Assembly (NCBI GenBank): GCA_964637135.1
Contig: CAZWTX010000025.1
Span: 1-39,625 of the forward strand
Direction: 5' to 3'
Length of the DNA: 39,625 bases
Origin: an uncultured Methanospirillum sp.
GTDB taxonomy: Archaea > Halobacteriota > Methanomicrobia > Methanomicrobiales > Methanospirillaceae
The translations under genes and the position numbers were made by a program. This document shows positions 19,253-29,887 of the stretch, in pieces. A model generated the notes under the pieces. That model had not been told where the DNA came from and made no database searches. It saw only the letters and a list, made by a program, of their open reading frames with translations. Every line of letters starts with the position of its first letter. Position 1 is the stretch's first letter.

Positions 19253-20632
19253 TTATTCCACTAAAACCCCGTACGCCCCGGTCCCGATCCACCAGTCCGG
19301 GCCTGCAGACCTCACATACATGAGTTTCGGCTCTTCTTTCCCGGTATCGGTACGGGTATCGACGAAGGACCCGTAAAAGAATCCCCCGCCTTCCCTGGCC
19401 AGGTCGATTGCCTGCATTGTCGTCATCGCCCCGTATGAATCGGTATAATCCCAGATATTCTCCCCGATCATCTCTTTCATGTAGGGATCGGCAAGAAGAA
19501 CCCCGTCATTACCGCTTGCCCAGATCCAGAGATCCCCGTGCGAGAACTGCCCTTCCGGAGCATTGATCTCATCAAACAGGGCATCCCGTCCTTTTTCATG
19601 AGAATACGCGATAGCGTCATCGACAAGCGCTGCCATTTCAGCCAGGGAATTTGTCCGTGTCCTGATCCCGGTTAGATCCCCGGTCGTCAGGGCGAGGTAA
19701 TCAGGATTGAGAACCGAAGATCCGATCCACCAGGTATCATCCACCGGGAGCGAATAGGTGAGGGACGGGATATAGATGGTGCCATTATCGGTGACGAGTT
19801 TCCTGACGCTGTGGGTATATCCTCCCCCCTGTGATGAAGTTATCATGGCGTTTCCGACAGTACTCACGCCGTTGATGTCACGATAATAGCGGAGGGAGAG
19901 ATTCTTTGCCCAGGGATTCATGGGATGGGCAAGAGAGATTCCGTTGAAATCATACGCGAAAATATACTGATTTCCCCGGACAAAGGACCCCTTTGGATCG
20001 GAAAATGTCTCAATTGCCCGGTCTTTGCCGACATCTCCGGCATATACTGCTGCCTCATCGACAAATGCGGCAAGGTCAGCGGCACTCATCGGCTGGATGG
20101 TTTCATTCGTCTTCTTGATCTCAATCGTTCTCGGTATGGCGATCCCGGCCCCGATCCACCAGGTGTCATCCACCGGGAGGACAACCGAGTTTTTCTCGGA
20201 CTCATTCATGTTATCGGCTGGATTCGGGTAGAAATAGGTCACCATCCCGCCCCCGTGCATTGCAGCATCGATCATCTCCTTCACAATGGGGATGTGGTAC
20301 CGATCTGTCAGGTTCATCCGGTTCGCTCCGATCTCTTCCGGTTCATACGGAAGAGCCAGGACCGTTCCGTTATAGTCATATGCGAAGATGTAATGGTTTT
20401 CAGAGGAGTATGGTCCGTCAGGATCGTTGAAGGTGGCAATTGCCGCCTCCTTTGTGCTCTCTCTTGCGTAATCAACCGCCTGACTGACATATCGTGCTAC
20501 ATCCGCAGGTGTTTTCAGGCCAGCCTGATCAGCCGGATATACTGACTGAATGGAACTGTCCCCTGCACAGATGGCGGGGATAAGACAGATGGTCAACATG
20601 AAGATGAAAATAACGGGGAGTCGGATTTCCAT
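19253..20632 (-). CDS. Secreted protein of three tandem single-Cache domains
   Basis: Signal peptide; three repeats with YIFAYDYNG/YIFAYDFNG/WIWASGNDG and PVDDTWWIG/PVDDTWWIG/GPDWWIG; no cytoplasmic output domain. Confidence 0.85.
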   Translation of the reverse strand: MEIRLPVIFIFMLTICLIPAICAGDSSIQSVYPADQAGLKTPADVARYVSQAVDYARESTKEAAIATFNDPDGPYSSENHYIFAYDYNGTVLALPYEPEEIGANRMNLTDRYHIPIVKEMIDAAMHGGGMVTYFYPNPADNMNESEKNSVVLPVDDTWWIGAGIAIPRTIEIKKTNETIQPMSAADLAAFVDEAAVYAGDVGKDRAIETFSDPKGSFVRGNQYIFAYDFNGISLAHPMNPWAKNLSLRYYRDINGVSTVGNAMITSSQGGGYTHSVRKLVTDNGTIYIPSLTYSLPVDDTWWIGSSVLNPDYLALTTGDLTGIRTRTNSLAEMAALVDDAIAYSHEKGRDALFDEINAPEGQFSHGDLWIWASGNDGVLLADPYMKEMIGENIWDYTDSYGAMTTMQAIDLAREGGGFFYGSFVDTRTDTGKEEPKLMYVRSAGPDWWIGTGAYGVLVE

Positions 20633-20783
20633 GTATCAGCATTTTCGCAAAGAATAGTAAAGATGCTGGTTCTTTTATCTGCTCTCCGGCAGACCGGCGA
20701 GCGGCTCGCAAAACCTTGATGCATGCTGCCCTCCCATGAGACAGTTCTATGGGCCTGGGCATCTCTGATGCCCTGGAGGAATA

Positions 20784-21113
20784 ATGAGTGAAACCTGCCT
20801 GAGATGTGGATACTGCTGCAGTTACATGGCCGATGTCTTCGGAATTATTGAGCAGACCGGAGCATGCGAGTTCAGGATCGCGTACCTGATCACCGGGGTG
20901 CAACAGATCGTCAGGATTGATCCTGACAAGCAGGAACTCTTCACCGGCACGACGATTCATGATATCCGCCCGCTTGCATGCCCGTTCCTCCGGTTCACCC
21001 CAGACGGTGCTGCCTGCACGGTTCATGCAACCAGGCCTGATCTCTGCCGGATGTATCACTGTACACGAGGCCATGAACGGGGATTGCAGGATTGCAGACC
21101 TCCCCCTGGGTAA
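20784..21113 (+). CDS. YkgJ-like cysteine cluster (CxxCxxCC) protein
   Basis: CLRCGYCC, CPFL, CTVHATRPDLCR motifs; GGAGGA RBS. Confidence 0.85.
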   Translation: MSETCLRCGYCCSYMADVFGIIEQTGACEFRIAYLITGVQQIVRIDPDKQELFTGTTIHDIRPLACPFLRFTPDGAACTVHATRPDLCRMYHCTRGHERGLQDCRPPPG

Positions 21114-21321
21114 CCGGAATCCATCCCGCAGTTTTTTAACCCTCCCCGAACAGTGGGTTCACTCACTTCAGCAAACCCGGATTTTTAGAGATGAATTTCT
21201 CCGGATGAACCGGAAAGGGAGTGAGTAATCCCTATTCCTTCCCGTTCCGGCATGGGGGCAATACATAAAAGCATCCGGTACAATAATGGATTACTCATAC
21301 GCATTTTTGAGGGGTGAAGGA

Positions 21322-23643
21322 ATGAATATGGGCAATTATATGAATCGATCAGCGAAAGAAGCGGAAAACGCCGAATCGTTGACCCGGGAGGATCTGATCA
21401 TGCGGGTCAGGGATCTTGAGGCAGAACAACAACTACTCATGGAAAGGGTCTCTCTCCTCGCAGCCGAGGCACAGAGGGGTTCATTTACCGACCGCCTTTC
21501 CGGTGAACAGTTCGGGGAAGGGATTCTGCCACTCGTGAACACTATGAACGGATTGCTTGATCTCGTAAATGACCGGGTTGCCTGGTATGAATCCATTCTT
21601 GACGCGGTTCCGTTCCCGATCCATGTCACTGACATGGACATGAAATGGACGTACATGAACCTTGCATTCGAAGCAGTCCTTCTGAACAACAAAGTTATCA
21701 CCGACCGGAAATCGGCGTACGGGCTTGCATGCCATAATGCCGGGGCGACGATCTGCCAGACCAGTAACTGCGGTATCGAGCAGCTCCGTACCAGGGGGGT
21801 TACGGAGAGTTATTTCGAATGGCAGGGAATGAACGGGAAACAGGTCACTAAACCGGTGATGAATGCCCGGGGCGAACAGATCGGGTATGTGGAGACGGTC
21901 CAGGATCTTACCGAACAGCTCAACCAGATCGCGTATTACGAATCCATCCTTGACGCCGTCCCGATGGGGATCACCGTCACCGATCTCGACGAAAAGTGGA
22001 CTTTCGTGAATAAGACCGTTGAGAACATGTTAAACCGGTCACGCAAGGAACTGCTTGGCCATCCCTGCAGGGAATGGGGAGCAAACATCTGTAACACCGA
22101 GAACTGCGGGATCAAACGACTCCGGAAAGGATTCACGAATACTACTTTTGAACAGGATGGTGGTTTTTACAAGGTTGATTGTGCCTATATCCCCGATTCA
22201 AGGGGAGAAACCGTCGGCCATGTAGAGGTTGTCGGGGACATCACCGAGATAACGAAGGTGAGTATGTACCTCCGCAAAGAAGTGGACCGGCTTGCAGATA
22301 ACCTTCACAAGATTGCAAAAGGGGATATCTCCTGTGATTACCAGGTTTCCCCGTCAGACGAGCATACCCGTGATGTGGCATCCCTCTTCATCGCCATCAA
22401 TGAAAGCCTGAAGGAGGCGACTGGGGCGATATCAATGATGATCGAGGATGTGGAACTGCTCTCTCAGGCTGCCACCAACGGGAAACTGGGTACCCGGGCC
22501 GATGGCTCCCGTCACCAGGGGGAATTCCGGAAAATCGTTGAAGAAATAAATGATACCCTTGACAGCGTAATCGTTCCGGTCAGGGAAGCCCTCCGCATAT
22601 CCAAGGAGTATGCAGCCTACAACTTTGTTGCCCGGGTGGATCCGAAACTGGATATCGCCGGTGACTGGCTTGAGTTCAGGGATGCCCTTAACAACATCGG
22701 GATACAGATCGGGGCCACCGTGAAACTGATCACCGATCAACTCGCCGCCCTGTCATCGAATGCCGGGGAAGCGACTGCCAGTATCGGTGAGGTGCTCACT
22801 GGAGCCCAACAGATTGCAAAGAATGCCGGAGACGTAAGCATCAATTCCGAAGCCGGTGGGGATGGGATAAGCCAGATTCTCAAGGCAATGGAGGACCTCA
22901 ACATTACGGTCGGGGAGGTCTCCCAGCGGGCTGAACAGGTCTCTTCGTTTGCTATGAAGGCAAACGACTATTCCAAGCAGGGAATCAGCCTCGCCAGGCA
23001 ATCTGAGAATTCGATGACCGAGATCACCCGGTCTACCACCGAGGTCGGAGAGATCGTCAGGGAGATCAACCTCCAGATGGATGATATCGGCAAGATCGTC
23101 AGGCTGATCTCTGATATTGCGAGCCAGACCAACCTGCTTGCCCTCAACGCTGCTATCGAAGCGGCCCGGGCGGGAGAAGCAGGCAGGGGATTTGCAGTTG
23201 TTGCGGCTGAGGTAAAGTCTCTTGCCCAGGATTCCCGTCAGTCTGCAGAAAACATCGCGGACATGATCGCACGGCTCCAGGACAAGACACGGCGGGCAAA
23301 TGAAGCGATGACCGCGGCAGGCCAGACGGTGATCGAAGGAAACAAGTCCCTCGAAGAGACGCTCGGTGCTTTCACCCAGATTGCCTCCTCCATCGAGGAT
23401 ATCACCCGCAATGCGATGGACGTCGCCTCTGCCTCGGAAGAACAGGCAGCATCGGTCGAAGAAGTGACCGCGAGCGTAAACGAGGTTTCCGGGTTGATCC
23501 AGAATACCACCAGGGATGCCAGTGATGCGGCAGCGGCGACAGAAGAAGCATCTGCTGCAATTGACCAGATCTCCGGGATGATCGCCGAGGTAAGTACTAT
23601 TGTTGATTCGGTCTCTCGTGAAATGGCACGGTTCGTGGTCTGA
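21322..23643 (+). CDS. Cytoplasmic methyl-accepting chemotaxis protein with two PAS domains
   Basis: Two [18 protein letters not shown] PAS repeats, HAMP-like segments, [37 protein letters not shown]; no TM segment; start after GGGGTGA RBS. Confidence 0.95.
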   Translation: MNMGNYMNRSAKEAENAESLTREDLIMRVRDLEAEQQLLMERVSLLAAEAQRGSFTDRLSGEQFGEGILPLVNTMNGLLDLVNDRVAWYESILDAVPFPIHVTDMDMKWTYMNLAFEAVLLNNKVITDRKSAYGLACHNAGATICQTSNCGIEQLRTRGVTESYFEWQGMNGKQVTKPVMNARGEQIGYVETVQDLTEQLNQIAYYESILDAVPMGITVTDLDEKWTFVNKTVENMLNRSRKELLGHPCREWGANICNTENCGIKRLRKGFTNTTFEQDGGFYKVDCAYIPDSRGETVGHVEVVGDITEITKVSMYLRKEVDRLADNLHKIAKGDISCDYQVSPSDEHTRDVASLFIAINESLKEATGAISMMIEDVELLSQAATNGKLGTRADGSRHQGEFRKIVEEINDTLDSVIVPVREALRISKEYAAYNFVARVDPKLDIAGDWLEFRDALNNIGIQIGATVKLITDQLAALSSNAGEATASIGEVLTGAQQIAKNAGDVSINSEAGGDGISQILKAMEDLNITVGEVSQRAEQVSSFAMKANDYSKQGISLARQSENSMTEITRSTTEVGEIVREINLQMDDIGKIVRLISDIASQTNLLALNAAIEAARAGEAGRGFAVVAAEVKSLAQDSRQSAENIADMIARLQDKTRRANEAMTAAGQTVIEGNKSLEETLGAFTQIASSIEDITRNAMDVASASEEQAASVEEVTASVNEVSGLIQNTTRDASDAAAATEEASAAIDQISGMIAEVSTIVDSVSREMARFVV

Positions 23644-24110
23644 TCTGTCCGTTACGGCAGGAAAAATCCCCGGACAGAATTCATTTCACCCCTTTCCCTG
23701 AACCGGGATGCGTGAAAAAGCGGGTCTGGGGCTTGTCTGTGGATGATGGAAAGCCGATAAATAGCAGATTAAGCGGCTTTTAAGGAATAAATAGAGAAAA
23801 AACGATGAATATGGCAACTATCACGGATCAATCCGGATCCCCCCCGATGATATCAGAAGTGGAAAACCTTCATTTCGCGACCTTATTCCTCAAATCTCTC
23901 TTCAGAACAATCAAATAGGGAAATTTCGCGAGTAATTATCTATTAAGGATAAAATTTGGAATTTACGCTCCACTCCTGGGAAATATCTCTAAAAGATACA
24001 TTATATTTAGCAAATGATAAAAAACTACGAATATAAAAATATTTTTCACTCCCGGCATTGAAATACCGGTGATCTGATCTGATGCGGTCAGATGATAGCG
24101 GGGTGAACTG

Positions 24111-24884
24111 ATGATTAAGAATGGAAGCCTTTGGTTTCTAACAGCACTGGTGATTCTCCTCCTTGTGGCAATCATGCCCGGGAGTGCTGAATCTGTATAC
24201 TATCTCGATCAGTCGACCTGTTTTGACGGCACGTGTGCCCAGACCGGGATATATCAGCCAGGGTATTACCAGGATCCGTACGGCCAGACCGGATACTATG
24301 AGAGTAACAGCGCTTCTGCTGATTACCGCCGCGGGTATTACCCGTACCGGACCAACCGGCAGCAGGGATACCTCTCAGCCGGGCAGTACCGGATTTACAA
24401 CTACCGGATCGGGGGGTACAGATCCTACATCGAATGGATTCTTAAGGGAAATTACGGGTCTGACTTTGACCTGTATGTCTTCCAGAACCGTAATGCCTGT
24501 TCTCCGTGCCGGGCTGACCGGTACGACACGTCCGGATCAAGTAATGCCTATGTCGGCTGGTCTAACCCGTCAAGCGGGAGCTATTTCAGTGTCGTTGTCT
24601 ACTGCCGGAGTGGCAGCGGATACTTTGACCTGACCTGCAACTCCTACACCGGGCGGTACTACGGCTCGATTGAGATGTCTGCGATGTCTGACAGCTCATC
24701 GGGAAGCAGTGACACCTTTGTCACGAGCAACGGCCAGGTCGACGCCTCCCAGATTACCTGGGTGAACGAAGACTCGTCCTCCTACTCAGAAACCTTCCCG
24801 TCGACGGATCCCGGATATTATACCGACCCGAATCAGGGGTACTACAACCCCGGCCCGTACCAGCAGTACCAGCCGTGGGGATGA
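24111..24884 (+). CDS. Secreted protein with PPC-like domain and Tyr/Gln/Pro-rich termini
   Basis: Signal peptide; GSDFDLYV...YFSVVVYCRSGSGYFDL resembles a pre-peptidase C-terminal domain; GGGGTGA RBS; T-run downstream. Confidence 0.78.
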   Translation: MIKNGSLWFLTALVILLLVAIMPGSAESVYYLDQSTCFDGTCAQTGIYQPGYYQDPYGQTGYYESNSASADYRRGYYPYRTNRQQGYLSAGQYRIYNYRIGGYRSYIEWILKGNYGSDFDLYVFQNRNACSPCRADRYDTSGSSNAYVGWSNPSSGSYFSVVVYCRSGSGYFDLTCNSYTGRYYGSIEMSAMSDSSSGSSDTFVTSNGQVDASQITWVNEDSSSYSETFPSTDPGYYTDPNQGYYNPGPYQQYQPWG

Positions 24885-25007
24885 GCGTACCGCCTGAAAT
24901 TTCCCGAAATTCTTTTTTTCTCCGGTCATCCGGGTATGCCGGCACGTTCCGGCCCGATATCCCGTCCTGATCCACATGTTCCCGGCCACGCTGCCCGGAG
25001 CAGCCGC

Positions 25008-25643
25008 TCATCTCCCCTGGTCAATCTCTTCCCGCATCCGGATGAGTCCTTTGTGGAACTCATGCAGGTACTCTTCCATGGAAAGACTGCCCTCCTGGAA
25101 GGGGCAGTCTTCTTCTGACAGGTAATTGATGAGATCCCGGGAGGGGAGAATGAGATCGATGGGAATACCAGCCAGTTCTGATCCATCAATGAGCGCCTGC
25201 CTGAAGAGCCCGATACAGTATCCCATCCGCATCCGGTAGGAATTGTGTGTCTTGGTCAGGTACCCGGCAACCCGTTCAGTCTCGATCCTGAGGAAATCTG
25301 ATTTGACCGCATCATCACGGCATTTTCCGAGCATGTACCGGTAATGGGCATACGGGTACATCGTCTCAAGTTCGGCGGGAACAATACCACAGGTTCCGAA
25401 GACGACGATATGGTACCGGGACTCCTCGAACACTTCTGCGATGATTTTCCGCATGATCCGGTGACTCGGGCTTGTGCTGTATGGTTTGCGCATGGCACAC
25501 GGGATGAAGATCGCGAGATCGCACGGCTCCACCTCGTACTCGTCGATGATATACCGGTATGATTCTTCGAACTCGGGCAGATAGAACGGGGGATCGGTCA
25601 GGATAGGCCGCTCCCCTCCATCCGGCCTGTTCCGATCTTCCAT
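25008..25643 (-). CDS. DUF5591-like protein (related to an archaeosine synthase domain)
   Basis: IFIPCAMRKPYSTSPSHR and GIVPAELETMYPYAHY motifs resemble the PCSxxKPYSxSxSH / GxVPxELExxYP segments of archaeosine synthase ArcS; start uncertain (25643 or 25664). Confidence 0.78.
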   Translation of the reverse strand: MEDRNRPDGGERPILTDPPFYLPEFEESYRYIIDEYEVEPCDLAIFIPCAMRKPYSTSPSHRIMRKIIAEVFEESRYHIVVFGTCGIVPAELETMYPYAHYRYMLGKCRDDAVKSDFLRIETERVAGYLTKTHNSYRMRMGYCIGLFRQALIDGSELAGIPIDLILPSRDLINYLSEEDCPFQEGSLSMEEYLHEFHKGLIRMREEIDQGR

Positions 25644-25743
25644 TCCCTCAGGATATGGCGGCAATGCTACATCTGCCTGCTGGCCCGGCCGTCCCTATAC
25701 TCGAACCATCAGCCTCATCACCTCTCCGGGCCCACCGGAGAAT

Positions 25744-26604
25744 ATGCCTGATGGTCCCTGGATAGCGGATTCTTCCCGGTGGGTGCATGACCGGATCGTG
25801 GAGATCGTCCGGACTTCTCCCCTCAATAGTCTCGGTAATACCGCTCATGACCGGGCCTGGGGTGATCCGCTGACCGGATACTCCCGGGGAGACGATCCCC
25901 TGTACCGGGAACTGCACGATCGTGAGGGTTTCCTCCTCCCTGAAGAGATATTTGCCTCAGCATGTCCGGATGTGCCATTCCGGCCCGGTGATCTCACTGT
26001 TATCTCCTGGATTCTCCCCCAGACAGAGGATACAAAACGTGCAAACCGGAAGGAGAAGGAATTTCCGGCAGAATCCTGGGCGAGGTCCCGGGTCTTTGGC
26101 GATGAGATGAACACCGGGCTGAAACGTCTCCTCATTGCAGAGATTGGGCAGAACGGATACCATGCCGCTGATCCTGCTGCTGCTGAAGGCTGGAAGATCC
26201 GGATGGGGGGCCAGTATCCGTGCTCGTCAACCTGGTCTGAACGGCATGCTGCCTACGTTTCAGGGCTTGGCACGTTCGGTCTCTGTGACGGCCTGATCAC
26301 GCCTGTCGGGAAAGCAATGCGGTGCGGTTCGGTGGTCACCACCCTCCCCGTTCCTGCCTCCCCCCGGCCATATGCGTCGAGACACGAGTACTGCCGTTTC
26401 TATGCCGATGGCTCCTGCATGGCCTGTATGCACCGGTGTCCGGCAGGGGCCATCACCCCGGAGGGACATGACAAGGAGCGGTGTGCAGCCTATCTCTATG
26501 GCCCGGCACGGGAGCATATCCTGAAAGGGTACGGATTTGACGGGTATGCCTGCGGACTCTGCCAGACGGCTGTTCCCTGTGAATCGCGGATACCAGCCCG
26601 GTGA
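25744..26604 (+). CDS. QueG-like 4Fe-4S protein (second, divergent member)
   Basis: WSERHAAYVSGLGTFGLCDGLIT..G...RCGSVVT, CMACMHRCP and CGLCQTAVPC. Confidence 0.85.
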   Translation: MPDGPWIADSSRWVHDRIVEIVRTSPLNSLGNTAHDRAWGDPLTGYSRGDDPLYRELHDREGFLLPEEIFASACPDVPFRPGDLTVISWILPQTEDTKRANRKEKEFPAESWARSRVFGDEMNTGLKRLLIAEIGQNGYHAADPAAAEGWKIRMGGQYPCSSTWSERHAAYVSGLGTFGLCDGLITPVGKAMRCGSVVTTLPVPASPRPYASRHEYCRFYADGSCMACMHRCPAGAITPEGHDKERCAAYLYGPAREHILKGYGFDGYACGLCQTAVPCESRIPAR

Positions 26605-26677
26605 AAACCTACAGGAACGGACTCCGTGAAGATGAGCATTTTTCCTGATGCCTCTCCATTTCCCCCCCGATGGTATC

Positions 26678-27697
26678 TCATCTGAACGGGCAGACATTTC
26701 CCTCCGGTTGTTGCCGGCAGGCATCACAGGAGGTACATTCAGAGACAGCCTCCGGATTTTCCTGCCAGATTTGTACCAGGTCCGGCTGGCGGAGGAGAGG
26801 CCGGGCGAGTGAGAAATACTCAATACCCGTCTCATTCAGGATAGCGGTCATGACCTGTGGATTCCTGTTCATACCAACGAGAATAACCGGTACCGAGACC
26901 TGGTCAGCGATGAGCGCTGCATAATCCCTGAAAACAGATTCAGAGTACCTGACTCTGGGAGGTGTCGGGAGTGCTCCTGTTCCGCCGGTGATCTCGATTG
27001 CATCAAGGTCGGCATGTGTAAGTTCCCTGCATATATACTGGCAGGCGTCAAAAACCCCGCCCTCTTCATCCTCGAAGTCGGAACAGTTGATCTTGATCAG
27101 AACGGGAAATTCACTCCCCACCCGTGAACGGATCATCCGGTAGATTTCAAGGAAAATTCTGGTTCTGTTACTGACCGATCCGCCGTATTCGTCTGTCCTG
27201 AGGTTTTTTTTGGTATTCATAAACCTGCTTAACAGGAATCCATGTCCGAAATGTATCTGAACACCATCAAATCCAGATTGCTGCGCACGGTATGCCGCAT
27301 CACCGAAGGCACTGATCATTGTGGCAAGGTCATTCCTGTCAGGTTCTGCAGGTGTCCACATTGCCCCTCCTGTTCCGACATGTGACAACTGCATGATAAC
27401 GGGTACATGATTCCGGTGAATCAGCCGGGTCAGTTCCCGGTACCTGTCGATGAACGAATCATCATACATTGCCAGGATACCCGGGATGGTTGTGGCATCC
27501 CGGGAGATCACCGTGGCACTGGTGATGATAAGTCCGGTTCCTCCCCGGGATAGTTCATCATAGAGTTCAATAAGCCGTCGGGTAGGATATCCTGACGGAT
27601 CTGCCATCCGTTCCCATGTGGCGGAACGGATGATCCGGTTCCGGAGGGTGAGGGTTCCGATACGGGTCTGATCGAACAGGGTCTTCATGGACATCAT
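26678..27697 (-). CDS. NADH:flavin oxidoreductase (Old Yellow Enzyme family)
   Basis: LRNRIIRSATWE, GGTGLII, GFDGVQIHFGHGFLLSRF, RTDEYGGS..NR, LARPLLRQPDL, C-terminal CTSCDAC. Confidence 0.92.
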   Translation of the reverse strand: MMSMKTLFDQTRIGTLTLRNRIIRSATWERMADPSGYPTRRLIELYDELSRGGTGLIITSATVISRDATTIPGILAMYDDSFIDRYRELTRLIHRNHVPVIMQLSHVGTGGAMWTPAEPDRNDLATMISAFGDAAYRAQQSGFDGVQIHFGHGFLLSRFMNTKKNLRTDEYGGSVSNRTRIFLEIYRMIRSRVGSEFPVLIKINCSDFEDEEGGVFDACQYICRELTHADLDAIEITGGTGALPTPPRVRYSESVFRDYAALIADQVSVPVILVGMNRNPQVMTAILNETGIEYFSLARPLLRQPDLVQIWQENPEAVSECTSCDACRQQPEGNVCPFR

Positions 27698-27950
27698 CTC
27701 ATGGACAGGCTGACTGTGGTGCCTGCTCCGGTTCTGCCGATAATCCGGGAAATTCTGGTGTGGTGCCCGGCATTTCGGCAGAAAGGACCGGGCCTGCAGC
27801 GCTGAATGAATACTATTTCATGCATACATACATGAAATCCTTCGATTCCCGGGCGTTAGTAAGGGTCCCTATCGTAACAAATGCGATTTCAGGCTCTGTC
27901 TCTCGAATGAAGAATAGATCGATAGTATCTGGGAGGAATATGGTTCTCCC

Positions 27951-28427
27951 TTACGAGAACTCGGCACCCCAGTCAAAAGTGGCATTATCCTCGTACCATG
28001 CCGGCCAGTGGGAAGCCCAGTCCGGTGTCCTGACATCCCTGATTCGTTCGGTACAGGGAAGGTACGGCTTGATATCAATGATCGGGGTTCCCTCCTCGGC
28101 ATCGATGTATGGTGTCTGTATCACTCCGCTGGAATAATCGATCGCGGTAACCGGAATGATGCTGACGGCAACCCGATTCGGCCGTTCCGGGGAGCGGGTG
28201 GCGAAGACCCCGATCCTCTCAGGCCCCCGGGAATAGGGTTTCTGCAGAATCAGCCCGGCAGCCTCGTCCGCGTCAGCCTGGTTGGCATACCATATCACCA
28301 TGAGATGGCTGTATCCGTCAAGTCCGGTCAGGCCGGAACGGAAAGGCTCGCTGATCGCAATGATGGGCCCGTCCTTGTCCCTGCCGGCATATCCGATCGG
28401 CCGGAGAGTGATCTGTTCGTGTTCCAT
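27951..28427 (-). CDS. tsaA: TsaA/TrmO-like SAM-dependent tRNA methyltransferase
   Basis: LRPIG, GLDGYSHL, GVFATRSPERPN and GTPIIDIKPY motifs. Confidence 0.88.
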   Translation of the reverse strand: MEHEQITLRPIGYAGRDKDGPIIAISEPFRSGLTGLDGYSHLMVIWYANQADADEAAGLILQKPYSRGPERIGVFATRSPERPNRVAVSIIPVTAIDYSSGVIQTPYIDAEEGTPIIDIKPYLPCTERIRDVRTPDWASHWPAWYEDNATFDWGAEFS

Positions 28428-28604
28428 AGATGGATATGGTTGGGTGCCGGAGACATATCCCTTCCGTGTCGGCCCCGGAACCCGGATCGGTATGGCTTTG
28501 TACGAGCAATCCGCCCACAGAGGTCACCCGGATGGCACCCTCGTGGTATCGTTCGGCATCATTATGATGCATGCCGGGCAACGATGGGAGTTAGACAGGT
28601 TCTG

Positions 28605-29165
28605 ATGTCAGAGACGACGCATATCCGGATACCCCGGGAGATCAAGGGAAAACTGCAGGAACTGGCCCGGGATGGGGAGAGTATCGGTTCGGTGATCGCC
28701 CGGCTGGTCGCGTCCTGCGAAAAAGGAAACCCTCCTGATGCAGGATCGGATCTTTCCCCGGATAGTAATCTTGCCGGGCGGATGATCACTCTCGAGCAGT
28801 GGAAGGATGAGATCGAGGATCGAATCCGCACCCTGGAGATGCTGGTCTCTGAACATGAGATGCAGAACTCACCGATTCCCATCGAGGTTTTCATAGATTC
28901 TTCTGATTCGCCCGATCCCGTGCCTCTTGACCCGATCCCTGCCGGATGGATCATCCTGACCCGTGAGATGCGTGAGCAGATGGTTGACGCGGTGGAGATT
29001 CTCCGGCGAAAAGAGATTCCCCTTCAGCAGATCGCCGATGCCATCGCAATGCCCGTAAGAACGCTGAAGCGGATCATCTCACCGGCGGGAAACCCGAAAC
29101 GGGTCACCATGACCCAGTACGAACGCCTGATAGACCTCGTGAAAAGTCCGAAAACCGACAACTGA
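28605..29165 (+). CDS. Hypothetical DNA-binding protein (N-terminal ribbon-helix-helix-like, central coiled coil, C-terminal HTH-like)
   Basis: MSETTHIRIPREIKGKLQELARDGESIGSVIARL; LEQWKDEIEDRIRTLE; IPLQQIADAIAMPVRTLKRII. The longer track ORF from 28008 overlaps tsaA on the opposite strand. Confidence 0.65.
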   Translation: MSETTHIRIPREIKGKLQELARDGESIGSVIARLVASCEKGNPPDAGSDLSPDSNLAGRMITLEQWKDEIEDRIRTLEMLVSEHEMQNSPIPIEVFIDSSDSPDPVPLDPIPAGWIILTREMREQMVDAVEILRRKEIPLQQIADAIAMPVRTLKRIISPAGNPKRVTMTQYERLIDLVKSPKTDN

Positions 29166-29176
29166 CCGGTTTGCTC

Positions 29177-29647
29177 TCAGGGGAGAGACGGTTCATCCCC
29201 ATCCGTATTTTTCACCGGATTATTGATAATATCGTTCCATTTCTCCTGTATCCGGGGATGCCTCCTGCAGATATCCAGGAATGATTCAACCCGGGTAAGG
29301 GCTTCCCGTGAGGTATCAGAGAGACCATGTTCCATGATACAGGCATCCCGATCGGCAATATCTGACGGAACACCGGCGATCTCAAGCAGCCGCCTGATGC
29401 AGTCATGGGATCCCTGTGTCCGGATGGCAATCTCCCGGCCGGTATCCGTCAGGGTGACGCCTCCGTAGGGTTCATAATTCACGAGTCCGGCGTCCTGGAG
29501 ACGTTTGAAGCCGTCAGTAACCGTTGCAGGAGTAATTGCAAGCGCCGCGGCGACATCCCGCGATTTCGCATATCCCTTATTCCGGGAGATCTCATAGATC
29601 ACCTCCAGCAGATCCTCGTGTCTCCGTGATACCCTCTCTTCAGCCAT
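29177..29647 (-). CDS. DtxR/MntR family metal-dependent transcriptional regulator
   Basis: EDLLEVIY, SRDVAAALAITPATVT..FKRL...GLVNYEPYGGVTLT..G, DACIMEHGLS; divergent from the feo operon. Confidence 0.92.
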   Translation of the reverse strand: MAEERVSRRHEDLLEVIYEISRNKGYAKSRDVAAALAITPATVTDGFKRLQDAGLVNYEPYGGVTLTDTGREIAIRTQGSHDCIRRLLEIAGVPSDIADRDACIMEHGLSDTSREALTRVESFLDICRRHPRIQEKWNDIINNPVKNTDGDEPSLP

Positions 29648-29819
29648 GGTTATCCTGCCCGGGAGGTGCGGCATCCCCGTCTCCCATGTATCTGAATATC
29701 TTGGTCTGTACTCATTTAAACCAATGGATGGCCCTTCCCGGCATCCGGTCTCATACCTTCTTCTCCTGCCTCTTCTGTTCCGCTTCAGTCACCCGGACAC
29801 AGAACGGGCTGCCTGAATA

Positions 29820-29872
29820 TTAGTCTTCACTACATTTATATAAAATAACTAAAAAATTTAGATTAGACAAAA
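29820..29872. promoter_or_regulatory. feo promoter region: TATA box with flanking degenerate DtxR-type boxes
   Basis: TTTATATAAA at 29835-29844; TTAG-N6-CTA(A)-like sites TTAGTCTTCACTAC (29820-29833) and TTAGATTAGACAAA (29858-29871). Confidence 0.5.
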
Positions 29873-29887
29873 AACATTAGGAAGACT

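Noticed and set aside
28008..28604. N-terminal 199 codons of the 385-aa track ORF
   Set aside because: Overlaps tsaA on the opposite strand and reads as non-protein-like; true start more likely 28605.
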